Shown one piece after another: positions 1 to 9,679 of a DNA stretch of 64,000 nucleotides; position 1 is the first letter of the stretch; each line of letters begins with the position of its first letter. Below the pieces are notes generated by a model that saw only the letters and a list, made by a program, of their open reading frames with translations, had not been told where the DNA came from and searched no databases. Made by a program: the position numbers and the translations under genes. Where the stretch lies: NCBI GenBank assembly GCA_964406665.1, contig CAYOSQ010000002.1, positions 118,219-182,218 on the forward strand, in the 5' to 3' direction. Source of the stretch: an uncultured Planctomycetia bacterium (GTDB lineage: Bacteria; Omnitrophota; Gorgyraeia; VGKH01; JBHPFN01).

Positions 1-574
1 CAAGAATCTCTCGTTCTCTTAAAATCTCCCTGGAGATATCGGTAACAAGTGATATGCGGTTTTTACCTTTTTCCTTAGATACATATAAAGCTTTATCTGC
101 TAAGTCAATCAATCTTAGTGTATCTTGTGCATCGTCGGGATAATTGGCTATTCCTATGCTTAGATTGATTTTTAAGCTCACCTGAGCAGATTTTAAATTA
201 AACTTATTTCCAGATATTGCTTTTGAGATTTTCTTTGCAATATTCAGTGATTCGGTTAATGAGCCTCCAGGCAAGATAACAGTGAACTCATCTCCTGCGT
301 AGCGGACAACAGTATCTTCAGATCTGACGCACTCGCTTATGATTTCAGCAACCGTCTTTAAAACTTCATCTCCAGCCAAATGGCCGTACTTATCGTTGAT
401 TAATTTAAAATCATCTATATCAATCATAAAAAACCACATGTTTCCGCCAGAGCTTTTAGTGCGAGAGATCTCTTCGGGTAGATATTGATAGAGGTATCTC
501 CGGTTAAAAACATTGGTTAACTCGTCACGGAATACTAGTTGCTCAACTCTTTTTTTTGGCTTATTTTCTGCCAT
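1..574 (-). CDS. GGDEF-domain diguanylate cyclase. The N-terminus lies at 574; the C-terminus runs past the window start.
   Basis: My translation of the minus strand from the ATG at 574 gives MAENKPKKRVEQLVFRDELTNVFNRRYLYQY...DIDDFKLINDKYGHLAGDEVL...RYAGDEFTVILPG. This is a GGDEF fold with an AGDEF active-site variant. The frame stays open to position 1. It is absent from the ORF track because it is edge-truncated. Confidence 0.7.
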   Translation of the reverse strand, partial: MAENKPKKRVEQLVFRDELTNVFNRRYLYQYLPEEISRTKSSGGNMWFFMIDIDDFKLINDKYGHLAGDEVLKTVAEIISECVRSEDTVVRYAGDEFTVILPGGSLTESLNIAKKISKAISGNKFNLKSAQVSLKINLSIGIANYPDDAQDTLRLIDLADKALYVSKEKGKNRISLVTDISREILREREIL

Positions 575-592
575 AGTTTTTTGACGTTTTAA

Positions 593-1486
593 TTATACAG
601 CTTCTTCAGAGCCGTAAATGCATGCTCTATCTTTACCGAGGCACTTTGCTTGGTAAAGTGCTCTATCAGCTTTTTCAATAAGCTCCTCTTTAGATGCTGC
701 ATCTGAAGGAAACGAAGAAATTCCCACGCTTACTGTAATTGTAAGATTTTTTCGAACAAGATTTAGTATTCTTTTTGCTGCTGCAATAGCTCCCAGTTGA
801 GGTGTTTGTGGTAGAAGAACAGCAAACTCCTCGCCTCCATATCTAAACACCATATCTACAACTCTGATGGATTCCTTAAAGAAATGTCCTAATTTTCTAA
901 GCATTTCATCACCGGCCAGATGACCATGAGAATCGTTGAACTTTTTGAACCCATCGATATCCAGCATTAACAAAGAAAACTCTTGGGGATATCTCTTGGC
1001 TCGTTCAAGTTCTCTGGGGAGCATTTCATAAAAATATCTGTAGTTATAAACCCCAGTCAGACCATCTATAATAGAAAGTTCACGGTAGTATTCTTTTTTT
1101 CCAGCTTCTTCTAAAAGCCTCTGTCTTTCTGCTGTACGTGAAAGCACTATTCTTATGTCATCAGAATTAAATGGTTCTGTAATATAGTCGTATGCTCCTC
1201 TGCGAATTGCCTCAACTGCTGATTTATCATTTGAAGAATCTGTCGTAGCGATAACGCAGATATTTGGATTTTCTGCTTTCATTCTTTCAATCATGTCAAT
1301 GCTTTTTATGCTGGGAGACCTCAAGTCGATGATTACTATTTGGAATTTATTGTTTTTTGTAAGATTTAGCCCTTCGTCTCCCGAGAGTGCATGCCAAATG
1401 CTGAAAGTTTCTTTGCAAACGCTGGCGATAGCATCCTTAACTTCTTTTGTCTTATCAATTATTAAAATATTATTTTTAATATCCAT
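593..1486 (-). CDS. Response-regulator receiver (REC) + GGDEF diguanylate cyclase, PleD/WspR-like.
   Basis: The N-terminal REC domain shows ILIIDKTKEV...IVIIDLRSP. The C-terminal part shows DGLTGVYNYRYF...RYGGEEFAVLLP, a canonical GGEEF motif. Confidence 0.85.
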   Translation of the reverse strand: MDIKNNILIIDKTKEVKDAIASVCKETFSIWHALSGDEGLNLTKNNKFQIVIIDLRSPSIKSIDMIERMKAENPNICVIATTDSSNDKSAVEAIRRGAYDYITEPFNSDDIRIVLSRTAERQRLLEEAGKKEYYRELSIIDGLTGVYNYRYFYEMLPRELERAKRYPQEFSLLMLDIDGFKKFNDSHGHLAGDEMLRKLGHFFKESIRVVDMVFRYGGEEFAVLLPQTPQLGAIAAAKRILNLVRKNLTITVSVGISSFPSDAASKEELIEKADRALYQAKCLGKDRACIYGSEEAV

Positions 1487-3192
1487 TATTCTACAGATGT
1501 CACCCTTAAAACTTCTTCGAATGTTGTTAATCCTAGGCTGAATTTCTTGATGGCGTCATCCCATAAAGTCAACATACCGTTTTCTTTTACAGCGTAATTT
1601 CTTATTTTATCTTGAGAAGCACCTTTAACTATCATTTCTCTAATGCTGTCGTTAATCATCATAACTTCTAGAAGGCCCATCCTGCCTCTATATCCAGTAT
1701 TTCTACATGATTTACAACCTTTTCCTTTAAAGAATTTTGCATCTTTTCCAGGCTTAAATCCAATATCTTCAAGAGCGGATTCTGAAATCTTTATTGGTTC
1801 TTTGCATCTTTCGCAAATTTTCCTGCATAATCTTTGAGCGCAAGCCATAATTGCAGAAGATGAAACTAGAAAAGGTTCAACTCCCATATCAATTAAACGA
1901 GTAACCGCACCTGGTGCATCGTTTGTATGGAGTGTTGAAAAAACTAAAGTTCCCGTTAGGGCAGATTTAACCGCAATATCAGCTGTTTCAGAATCTCTAA
2001 TTTCACCGATCATTATCATATCAGGGTTTTGCCTGAGTAAAGATCTTAAGCCGCTGGCAAAGGTTAAGCCAATTTCTGGTTTAACATTAAGTTGGGTAAT
2101 GCCGTCAATTTGATATTCTACCGGATCCTCTACGGTAATTATATTTCTTTCAACCTGATTAAGCTGGTTAACTATAGAGTATAGTGTTGTAGACTTACCG
2201 CTTCCGGTAGGTCCAGTAACTAAAATTAAACCGAAGGGAGAAGCTATGGCTTTTTTAAATAGTGCAGTATTCTCAGGAAAAAAACCTAAACCGTCGAGGC
2301 CGATAGACAGATTCGCTCTATCGAGTAAGCGCAGTACAATCTTTTGTCCGTGAGTAATCGGTAAGATTGATACGCGAAAATCGATCTCTTTACCACCAAA
2401 CCTAATTTTGAATCTTCCGTCTTGAGGAAGTCGTAATTCTGTAATATCTAGATTTGTCATAATCTTTAATCGTGCGATAATAGCATTTTGATTCTTTTTA
2501 GGAAGCGACATTGCGTCGATAAGAACTCCGTCTATGCGATATCTTACTCTCAGATCTTTTTCTGTAGGCTCAACGTGGATATCTGATGCTCGCTGCTTCA
2601 TAGCTTCCCTGATAATTAAGTTTACCACCTGAATAATTGGCGCTTCTCCACTCTTCATGATAGTTGAGCTAATTTCTATTTGGTCAGCATCGTCATCAAG
2701 GGTTACCATGTTATCTCTGTCGCCAAGTTCTTTGATTACATCTGAAACAGAATCTTTTTCACTTCTATAGTATTTATTAATTGATTTGATTATGTCTTGT
2801 TCTGTGGACATTGCAATATCAATATCGTATCCAGTCAAATTTTTAATATCATCAAGCGCAAAAATATTTAAGGGATCTGCTGTGGCAAGTGTGATAGTTG
2901 AACCAATTTTGGAAATTGGAACAATGCGGTATTGACGGCAAATTCTCTCAGGGATAACTTTTATAACATCAGGGTCAATTCTGTATTTAGATAAATTTAT
3001 TGGTGGGATATTAAGTTCTTTTGCTAAAATGCCAATCAGTTCTTTTTCAGTAATCAGACCTTTTTCAACCAGAATTTTTTCAAGGCTGATTCCCTTTTGT
3101 TTTTGAGCCTTGATAGCTTTATCAAAATCTTCCTTTTTGATTTTTTTGTTTTCAACAATGATTTCTACTATTCTCTCTTTTAATGTTTTCAT
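1486..3192 (-). CDS. pilB: Type IV pilus/T2SS assembly ATPase, PilB/GspE family, paralog 1, with an N-terminal GspE_N/MshEN-like domain.
   Basis: Walker A GPTGSGKSTT is present, with Asp/His boxes and a tetracysteine CRKICERC...CKSCRNTGYRGR. Length is 568 aa with an N-terminal extension. Confidence 0.9.
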   Translation of the reverse strand: MKTLKERIVEIIVENKKIKKEDFDKAIKAQKQKGISLEKILVEKGLITEKELIGILAKELNIPPINLSKYRIDPDVIKVIPERICRQYRIVPISKIGSTITLATADPLNIFALDDIKNLTGYDIDIAMSTEQDIIKSINKYYRSEKDSVSDVIKELGDRDNMVTLDDDADQIEISSTIMKSGEAPIIQVVNLIIREAMKQRASDIHVEPTEKDLRVRYRIDGVLIDAMSLPKKNQNAIIARLKIMTNLDITELRLPQDGRFKIRFGGKEIDFRVSILPITHGQKIVLRLLDRANLSIGLDGLGFFPENTALFKKAIASPFGLILVTGPTGSGKSTTLYSIVNQLNQVERNIITVEDPVEYQIDGITQLNVKPEIGLTFASGLRSLLRQNPDMIMIGEIRDSETADIAVKSALTGTLVFSTLHTNDAPGAVTRLIDMGVEPFLVSSSAIMACAQRLCRKICERCKEPIKISESALEDIGFKPGKDAKFFKGKGCKSCRNTGYRGRMGLLEVMMINDSIREMIVKGASQDKIRNYAVKENGMLTLWDDAIKKFSLGLTTFEEVLRVTSVE

Positions 3193-3193
3193 T

Positions 3194-4927
3194 TTATTCT
3201 AACGGTTCATCAGGAGTAGTTACTTTTAGTACCTCCTCTAAAGACGTAAGGCCGGCTGCAACTTTTTTTATTCCATCTTCTCTTAAGGTAACCATTCCTT
3301 CTTTCCTACTTTGTTGTTTTAAAACATTATCAGCTGCTCTGGATAAAATTAATTCTCTAATTTTTGGAGAAAGAGGCATAATTTCGGAAATACAAACTCT
3401 TCCCTTGTAACCAGTTTGAAGACAAGTTTTACACCCTTTACCTTTATAGAATTCTATAGAACTTTCCGCATTAGTGGTAATCCCTAACCGCTTAGACATC
3501 TCTGGACTAATATTAAATGGTTCTTTACACTTCTCGCAAATTTTTCTAATGAGTCTTTGAGCTACGATAGCTATAACTGAAGAAGAAATTAAAAAAGGCT
3601 CAACTCCCATGTTCACCAATCTAATTATAGACCCGGGAGCAGTTGTTGTATGAAGAGTGCTTAGAACGAGATGTCCTGTTAAGGCAGATTTGATTGCTAT
3701 GTCAACAGTCTCAAAATCTCTAATTTCTCCGATCATTATAGTGTCAGGGTCTTGTCGCAATATGGATCGTAGGCTTGAAGCAAAGGTAAGCCCAATGTCT
3801 GGTTTAGCTGTTACTTGATTAATTCCTCGTAACTGATATTCCACAGGGTCTTCAACAGTAATTGCATTTTTCTCAGGAGAATCAATGTATTTAAGTATCG
3901 AATAAAGCGTGGTAGTTTTTCCAGAACCCGTAGGACCACAAACAAGTATCATACCATGTGGTTTTAAAGAACACTCTTTTAAAACTTCTAATGGTTTTCC
4001 TTCAAACCCTAGTTTATCAATATCTAAAATTGCATTAGCTTTATCTAAAATTCTAAGTGCAACTTTTTCTCCCCAGCCAGTAGGTAAAATAGAAACACGA
4101 AAATCCACTTGTCTATTTTCAATCATCGTCTTGAATCTTCCATCCTGAGGAAGACGGTGCTCCGCGATATCCAGAGAAGACATAACCTTAATACGTGAAA
4201 CAATTGACGGATGCAGCGTTTTCGGAGGAGAATCAAGAGCCCTTAAAGTACCATCAATTCTAAAACGGATCCTTAATTGCTTTTCCATAGGTTCAATTAA
4301 AATGTCGCTAGCCTTAGATTCAATCCCTTGCCTTAAGATTGCCTCAGTTAATTTAATTACAGGAGCTTCCTGTGTTAAGCGCGTTAGCTCATCTATAGAC
4401 ATAGACTCTTCATCAGCTCCTTTTATTAATTCTAGTTTCTCCAACTTGCTTTTTTCCATAGAATCCATTATTTCTTCTAGTACCTGGTGAGAGTCTTCTG
4501 AATAATAGTTTTCAATTGCTTCTAATATTTCTTTTGGACGAGCAACCACGGTATTTATTTCAAATCCAGTTAATGTTTTTGCATTGTCTATAGCAAAAAT
4601 ATTTAAAGGGTCACCAATAGCAAGGGTTAGAGAATTTCCAATTTTGGAGACAGGAATGATTTGGTGGAATATAGCAACATCTTTGGGAATAACTTTGATT
4701 ACTTCTGGAGGAATTTTGATGCGTGCAAGCTCTATATTGGGGAGCCCCAAGCTTTCGCTTAAAGCAATTGCAAGGTCGTTTTCATTAACAAGTTCTAGCT
4801 TAACTAGTATTTCGCTTAATCTCCCGCCTTTTTTCTTTTGTTCAGCTAAGGCTTTGTCTAGGTCTTCCTTTGTGATGAGCTTATTCTTTAATAAAAGCTC
4901 CATTAAGCGTTCTTTAAGCGAAATCAT
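3194..4927 (-). CDS. pilB: Type IV pilus/T2SS assembly ATPase, PilB/GspE family, paralog 2.
   Basis: Walker A GPTGSGKTTT and a tetracysteine CEKCKEP...CKTCLQTGYKGR are present. Length is 577 aa with a GspE_N-like N-terminus. Confidence 0.9.
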   Translation of the reverse strand: MISLKERLMELLLKNKLITKEDLDKALAEQKKKGGRLSEILVKLELVNENDLAIALSESLGLPNIELARIKIPPEVIKVIPKDVAIFHQIIPVSKIGNSLTLAIGDPLNIFAIDNAKTLTGFEINTVVARPKEILEAIENYYSEDSHQVLEEIMDSMEKSKLEKLELIKGADEESMSIDELTRLTQEAPVIKLTEAILRQGIESKASDILIEPMEKQLRIRFRIDGTLRALDSPPKTLHPSIVSRIKVMSSLDIAEHRLPQDGRFKTMIENRQVDFRVSILPTGWGEKVALRILDKANAILDIDKLGFEGKPLEVLKECSLKPHGMILVCGPTGSGKTTTLYSILKYIDSPEKNAITVEDPVEYQLRGINQVTAKPDIGLTFASSLRSILRQDPDTIMIGEIRDFETVDIAIKSALTGHLVLSTLHTTTAPGSIIRLVNMGVEPFLISSSVIAIVAQRLIRKICEKCKEPFNISPEMSKRLGITTNAESSIEFYKGKGCKTCLQTGYKGRVCISEIMPLSPKIRELILSRAADNVLKQQSRKEGMVTLREDGIKKVAAGLTSLEEVLKVTTPDEPLE

Positions 4928-5382
4928 TCTTTATTTCCTTCTCCATAATATTTATCTATTGAATGTTTAATGTCAGTAGATGTGCTTACAAAAGTTTGTA
5001 TTGTGCATTCAGTTATCATTTCCACATCCTCAATTGCATGTGTATTTAGAGGATTTGACATTGCTAGAGTTAAGCTTTTTCCAATTTTATCAACCGGGAT
5101 AAGGCAGTATTGCCTGCAGACATTTTCTGGAATAACAGAAATAACCTTGGGATCAATTTCGTAGCAAACAAGCGGTAGAAACGGAAAGCCATACTGATCA
5201 GTTAGGGCTTGAACAATATCTTCTTCTTTTGCATATTCAAGAGAAACCAACACCTCTCCAATTAAGCCACCCTTTTTCTTTTGAACTTCAAGAGCCTCAG
5301 AAAGCTGCTCTGGTGTTATAATACCGTTTTCTATAAGGAGTTGACCTAATTGTTTTTTTGTTAATCTATTAAGTTGAGTCAT
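4924..5382 (-). CDS. Standalone GspE_N/MshEN-type domain protein, a putative c-di-GMP receptor.
   Basis: The 152-aa protein carries two tandem 24-residue motifs, LGQLLIENGIITPEQLSEALEVQ and LIGEVLVSLEYAKEEDIVQALTDQ. These match the MshEN c-di-GMP-binding consensus RLGxxLxxxGxIxxxxLxxALxxQ. There is no ATPase domain. Its stop overlaps the pilB2 start by 4 nt. Confidence 0.65.
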   Translation of the reverse strand: MTQLNRLTKKQLGQLLIENGIITPEQLSEALEVQKKKGGLIGEVLVSLEYAKEEDIVQALTDQYGFPFLPLVCYEIDPKVISVIPENVCRQYCLIPVDKIGKSLTLAMSNPLNTHAIEDVEMITECTIQTFVSTSTDIKHSIDKYYGEGNKE

Positions 5383-5391
5383 AAAGTCACC

Positions 5392-6237
5392 TTATGACAA
5401 AATTTGGTTGCTTTCTTCCGGATTAGTTTCTGTTAAAATTCTTTGGGCCTTTTCAATCAATTCTTCTGAGGTCATACCATCAACTGGGTTTTCTGTGACA
5501 ACTCCTGTTATGGTAAGATTTAGAGTTTTTTCTGTTGAAGAAAAAATACTTTCAACTTTTTTTCTGATATCTTCAGCTAGTACAATAGCCTGTTTTTTGT
5601 TTCTTTCTGGAACCACTACGGCAAATTTTTCGTCAGAAAATCTTGCAACTTTATCTATTTCGCTGGTGCAATCTTTAATAATATTAGAGATAGTCTTCAA
5701 TGATTTTTCAGCAGAGCTAAAACCAGATGATGACACAATATTTTTGAAGCGGTCAACTTTTATCAACATGAAAGCGCATGGTCTTTGAAAGCTAATGGCT
5801 CTTTTTATCTCTTCTTCCAGCTTCTCTTTTAAAAAGGAGGGCTTGTATAGTCCCGTAAGGGAGTCCTCGACTTCTAAACTTTTAACCTTTTCTGATAAAG
5901 CACTTAAAGAATTGTTTAGGCTTCCGATTTCGTCGGACCCGCCGATAGTTTTTTTAGCACTTTCATAACCTGCGGCAATACCACGAGCAGATGAACTTAC
6001 ATTAATAATTGAATCAATGACTCCCTTTAGAATAAAGAAGCCCAGCAAGGCAAAAAAGAAAGCCAATGTTAACACAAGACCTAAGTTGTCAGCAATAAAT
6101 GATTTAGAAGCAGAATTGGGAAATATGTAGTTTAGAAGAAGTAAAATCGGAATTATGGTGGTAAGGCAAAAGGCTATTAAAATCTTAGATTTTAAACCAC
6201 TTGAGTTTATAGATATATTTTTTGAAAAACGACCCAT
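5392..6237 (-). CDS. Membrane protein (2 TM) with a degenerate GGDEF domain.
   Basis: N-terminal TM helices are followed by DSLTGLYKPSFL...RFSDEKFAVVVP. This has the GGDEF fold, but the GGEEF motif is replaced by SDEKF, so the protein is probably catalytically inactive. Confidence 0.6.
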   Translation of the reverse strand: MGRFSKNISINSSGLKSKILIAFCLTTIIPILLLLNYIFPNSASKSFIADNLGLVLTLAFFFALLGFFILKGVIDSIINVSSSARGIAAGYESAKKTIGGSDEIGSLNNSLSALSEKVKSLEVEDSLTGLYKPSFLKEKLEEEIKRAISFQRPCAFMLIKVDRFKNIVSSSGFSSAEKSLKTISNIIKDCTSEIDKVARFSDEKFAVVVPERNKKQAIVLAEDIRKKVESIFSSTEKTLNLTITGVVTENPVDGMTSEELIEKAQRILTETNPEESNQILS

Positions 6238-6377
6238 TTTTCGCCTCCCCGTTTATTCTAAGTTATTACTATACATAACATTTGCATTAATGTCAATGAA
6301 TTTTGAATGTTTATCAGCGGGATTTTTTGATTTTATTTATTTAATTGCAGATAGTTGTGGCTTTACTTGATGTAAAA

Positions 6378-7490
6378 TCAGAAGATTTTTCTTTTTTCGT
6401 TGATATTCAGAATGATGCCGATTAAAACTGCAAAAATAACCAATGTAGAGCCTCCATAGCTAATAAATGGAAGTGACAGGCCAACAACTGGACAAAGGCC
6501 TAAGGTCATAGATAGGTTAACCACTACCTGAAAGGCAAATAATCCAATAATGCCAACGATAAGGTATGTGGCAAACTTATCCCTGGTTTGAAAGGCAATC
6601 TTAAAGGCAGATAAAATCAAGATTAAATATAGAGAAACAAGAATTGATGCTCCCAAAAACCCCCACTCCTCACCAATTACAGAGAATACAAAATCTGTAT
6701 GGCGTTCTGGTAGAAAGTTTAGCTGATTCTGAGTTCCGGAAAGCCACCCTTTACCTAGAAGCCTTCCTGAGCCAATAGCGATCTTCGATTGGATCATTGT
6801 GTATCCAGCGCCCAAAGGATCAATGTTGGGATTCATAAAAACCAATAAGCGTTCTTTTTGATATCCTTTAAGAAAATGCCAAAGAACAGGAAAAGAAAGT
6901 AGACCTGTGGCAATCAAGCCAAATAAATATTTTGGTCTTGTTTCTGCGATAAGTAAAATTGATAAAAATATCGGAATTAGCGTTAAGGCGGTTCCTAAGT
7001 CTGGCTGCATAAAAATCAATCCCATAGGAATAAGAATGAGCGAAAAAGGAATTATTAATTCTCTAACCATCGACATGGAATTAGCTATAAATCCTGACTT
7101 AACGCTATAGGATCTCGTTTGACTGAAATATTTACTAAGAATAATGATTACGGAAAGCTTCATCAATTCCGAAGGCTGGAAGTTAAAAAAACCGAGTTCA
7201 AACCAACGTTGAGCACCTAAAATTTCTCGTCCGAAAATCAAAACTAATATAAGAAGAAAAGCGCTTATCCCGTAAAGATAATTAGCAAAGTCGTAAAAAC
7301 GTCTATAGTTAATCCTGCTTATTGCAATTATCACAAGAAAAGAAAATAATAATTTTACCAAATGTTTTATAAAGATATTTTTATAAAGAGGATTTGCTGC
7401 TTGATAAGTTGAGCTGTATACGGCAAGTAATCCAAATACCATTATTGCTGCTGTTAAATATAGAATTTTTAAACTACGCTTGCTATACAT
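6378..7490 (-). CDS. rodA: SEDS-family peptidoglycan polymerase RodA (FtsW/RodA/SpoVE).
   Basis: A 370-aa polytopic membrane protein sits directly downstream of PBP2 and mreBCD. Confidence 0.8.
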   Translation of the reverse strand: MYSKRSLKILYLTAAIMVFGLLAVYSSTYQAANPLYKNIFIKHLVKLLFSFLVIIAISRINYRRFYDFANYLYGISAFLLILVLIFGREILGAQRWFELGFFNFQPSELMKLSVIIILSKYFSQTRSYSVKSGFIANSMSMVRELIIPFSLILIPMGLIFMQPDLGTALTLIPIFLSILLIAETRPKYLFGLIATGLLSFPVLWHFLKGYQKERLLVFMNPNIDPLGAGYTMIQSKIAIGSGRLLGKGWLSGTQNQLNFLPERHTDFVFSVIGEEWGFLGASILVSLYLILILSAFKIAFQTRDKFATYLIVGIIGLFAFQVVVNLSMTLGLCPVVGLSLPFISYGGSTLVIFAVLIGIILNINEKRKIF

Positions 7491-7494
7491 TCTA

Positions 7495-9210
7495 TTAGTT
7501 TTTTAAATCCAACTTCTTTACTTCTTCTAAGATCTTCTTAGCTAAAACGCAGGCATTATAAGACGATCCGCCGTGTTCTAAGAATACACAAAAAGCTATT
7601 TCAGGCTTTTTTGTAGGGCCGTAACCTGCAAACCAAGAATGAGATTTTCCTCTGGAAGCTTGAGCCGTACCAGTTTTTCCCGCAACTGGAAATCCAGATA
7701 TATTAACAATATGTGCTGTTCCACTTGGATCTGAAACAACATTTCTTAAAGCGCTCCTGATGGTTTCTAAAGTTTCGTTTTTAACCGCAATCTTCTTTGC
7801 AGAGTCTTTTCTTACAACTTGAGCGCCATTAATTGAAAGCAGTAAAAATGGTTCAATTAGCCATCCGCCATTAGCGATTGCTGCCATAAGTCGTGCAGCT
7901 TGCAGAGGTGTAGCTAGAAATTCTCCCTGGCCAATGGAAAAATTAATCGTGTTGCCCTTATACCATCTTTCATTTTTGAAAAGTCTTTTTTTGATTTTGC
8001 TTGGAACGTTCCCCTTCTGTTCAAATGGTAAATCTATTCCTGTTAGCTTTCCAAAACCCCAATCAAGTGCATATTTTTCTATTAATTCAGGACCTAAAAT
8101 TAATCCCAGGTTATAAAAATATGTATTACAAGAATGCGTAATAGCATCCCTTAATTCCTGAATGCCGTGATTTCTTGAACATCGAAATGATGCATTTCCG
8201 ATTCTGAAATTACCATTACAAGTAAAGCTTGTATATGGACTAGTTTTATCTTCTTCTAGAGATGCAGTTGCGATAACGATTTTAAATATCGAACCCGGAG
8301 GATAAAGTCCGCTAATACAGCGATTAAGCATAGGACTTCTTTTATCTTTAAAAAGGTTCTTAATTCTATTTTCAGAATTTGCGGCAGTAAAAATATTAGG
8401 ATCGTAACTAGGAGAACTTACCATGGCTAAGATTTCTCCCGAATAGGGTTGTATAATGACAATTGCACCTTTCTTGTTACCTAATGTTTTGGCAGCGATT
8501 TTTTGAATTCTAAGATCGATGGTGATAGCAACATCCTTTCCTTTTTCAGGAGAGCGCATTGCTAAAACCTCTACTTGACGACCTCGGTTATCCGCCTTAA
8601 TTTGAGTTCCTCCGTCTTTTCCTTTTAAAAAACGATCAAAAAATTCTTCAACACCAGTATGTCCTACCAGATCCTTTACGCTATAGCCATATTCTTTTAA
8701 TTTTGATATTTTGGATTTGCTCACTAATCCAAGATATCCTAAGATATGAGAACAAATTTTACCGTGAAGATATGAACGTTCAGGAAAAGTTTCAATGATG
8801 ATTCCCGGTAAGGCTGTCTTTTTTTGTTCAATCATCATTGCTTGTTTTTTCGTAATGTTCTTTTTTATTAAGATCGGAGCAAAAGGGGCATAATAGTTTT
8901 TCTTAAAGTTTTTGTTAAGAGTTTCTTCTTCAACGTCAAGCAGCTTGCTTAAGATATTAAAAGTTGAATCTTTTTCCTTGAATTCTTGTGGAATTATAGC
9001 AATATTATAAGCCAGACGATTTTTTACAAGTATTTCACCATTTCGATCTGTAATAATTCCTCGCGGAGATTTTTGTTCGATTAGCCGGATATAGTTTTTT
9101 CTGCTTAGATTGTAGTAAGAGTTTCCTCTGACGACCTGCAATTTGATAAGACCAAAAAGAGGGAATAAAAATAAGCAAATTAGTATTAAAAGGAATACTT
9201 TGGAGCGCAT
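7495..9210 (-). CDS. mrdA: Penicillin-binding protein 2 (class B transpeptidase).
   Basis: It has an N-terminal anchor, a PBP dimerisation domain and a transpeptidase domain with the SxxK motif (GSIFK) and KTG (AGKTGTA). Confidence 0.85.
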   Translation of the reverse strand: MRSKVFLLILICLFLFPLFGLIKLQVVRGNSYYNLSRKNYIRLIEQKSPRGIITDRNGEILVKNRLAYNIAIIPQEFKEKDSTFNILSKLLDVEEETLNKNFKKNYYAPFAPILIKKNITKKQAMMIEQKKTALPGIIIETFPERSYLHGKICSHILGYLGLVSKSKISKLKEYGYSVKDLVGHTGVEEFFDRFLKGKDGGTQIKADNRGRQVEVLAMRSPEKGKDVAITIDLRIQKIAAKTLGNKKGAIVIIQPYSGEILAMVSSPSYDPNIFTAANSENRIKNLFKDKRSPMLNRCISGLYPPGSIFKIVIATASLEEDKTSPYTSFTCNGNFRIGNASFRCSRNHGIQELRDAITHSCNTYFYNLGLILGPELIEKYALDWGFGKLTGIDLPFEQKGNVPSKIKKRLFKNERWYKGNTINFSIGQGEFLATPLQAARLMAAIANGGWLIEPFLLLSINGAQVVRKDSAKKIAVKNETLETIRSALRNVVSDPSGTAHIVNISGFPVAGKTGTAQASRGKSHSWFAGYGPTKKPEIAFCVFLEHGGSSYNACVLAKKILEEVKKLDLKN

Positions 9211-9671
9211 TTTTTTATTAAATTGATTATTATGGGTGAGACTAGAGAAGTAAACAGGCTCTCGGCCGTTCCTTTTAGAAGTATCTGTGGCACAGCTTCC
9301 AATCTAGCAGAAAACAAAGAAAGCAAGCAAATGATTAGAATGTTCGCAAACGAAATGATAAATACAAATAACGCTTGTTCAAAAAATCTTTCCCTATAAA
9401 TAAAACTTTTTAATCTACGAGCAATATATCCGCAAATAGTAAAACTTATCAAATATGAACCAAAAGCACCAAAGCTAAAGATATCTTTTAAAAGCCCACT
9501 ACAAGAAGCAACTATCTTACCTTCTTTTTTGGAGAAATAAATATTTGCTACAATAGCAATTATCAAAAGAAAATCAGGCTTAACATGGAACAGCCTTAGA
9601 TTTTCAGGATAATTAATTGAAAACAATATTGCTGCAATTGATAAAATAGAAAAAACTACCGGTCTTTTCAT
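9186..9671 (-). CDS. mreD: Rod shape-determining protein MreD.
   Basis: A small 161-aa polytopic membrane protein sits between mreC and mrdA. Confidence 0.55.
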   Translation of the reverse strand: MKRPVVFSILSIAAILFSINYPENLRLFHVKPDFLLIIAIVANIYFSKKEGKIVASCSGLLKDIFSFGAFGSYLISFTICGYIARRLKSFIYRERFFEQALFVFIISFANILIICLLSLFSARLEAVPQILLKGTAESLFTSLVSPIIINLIKKCAPKYSF

Positions 9672-9679
9672 TTGAATAG

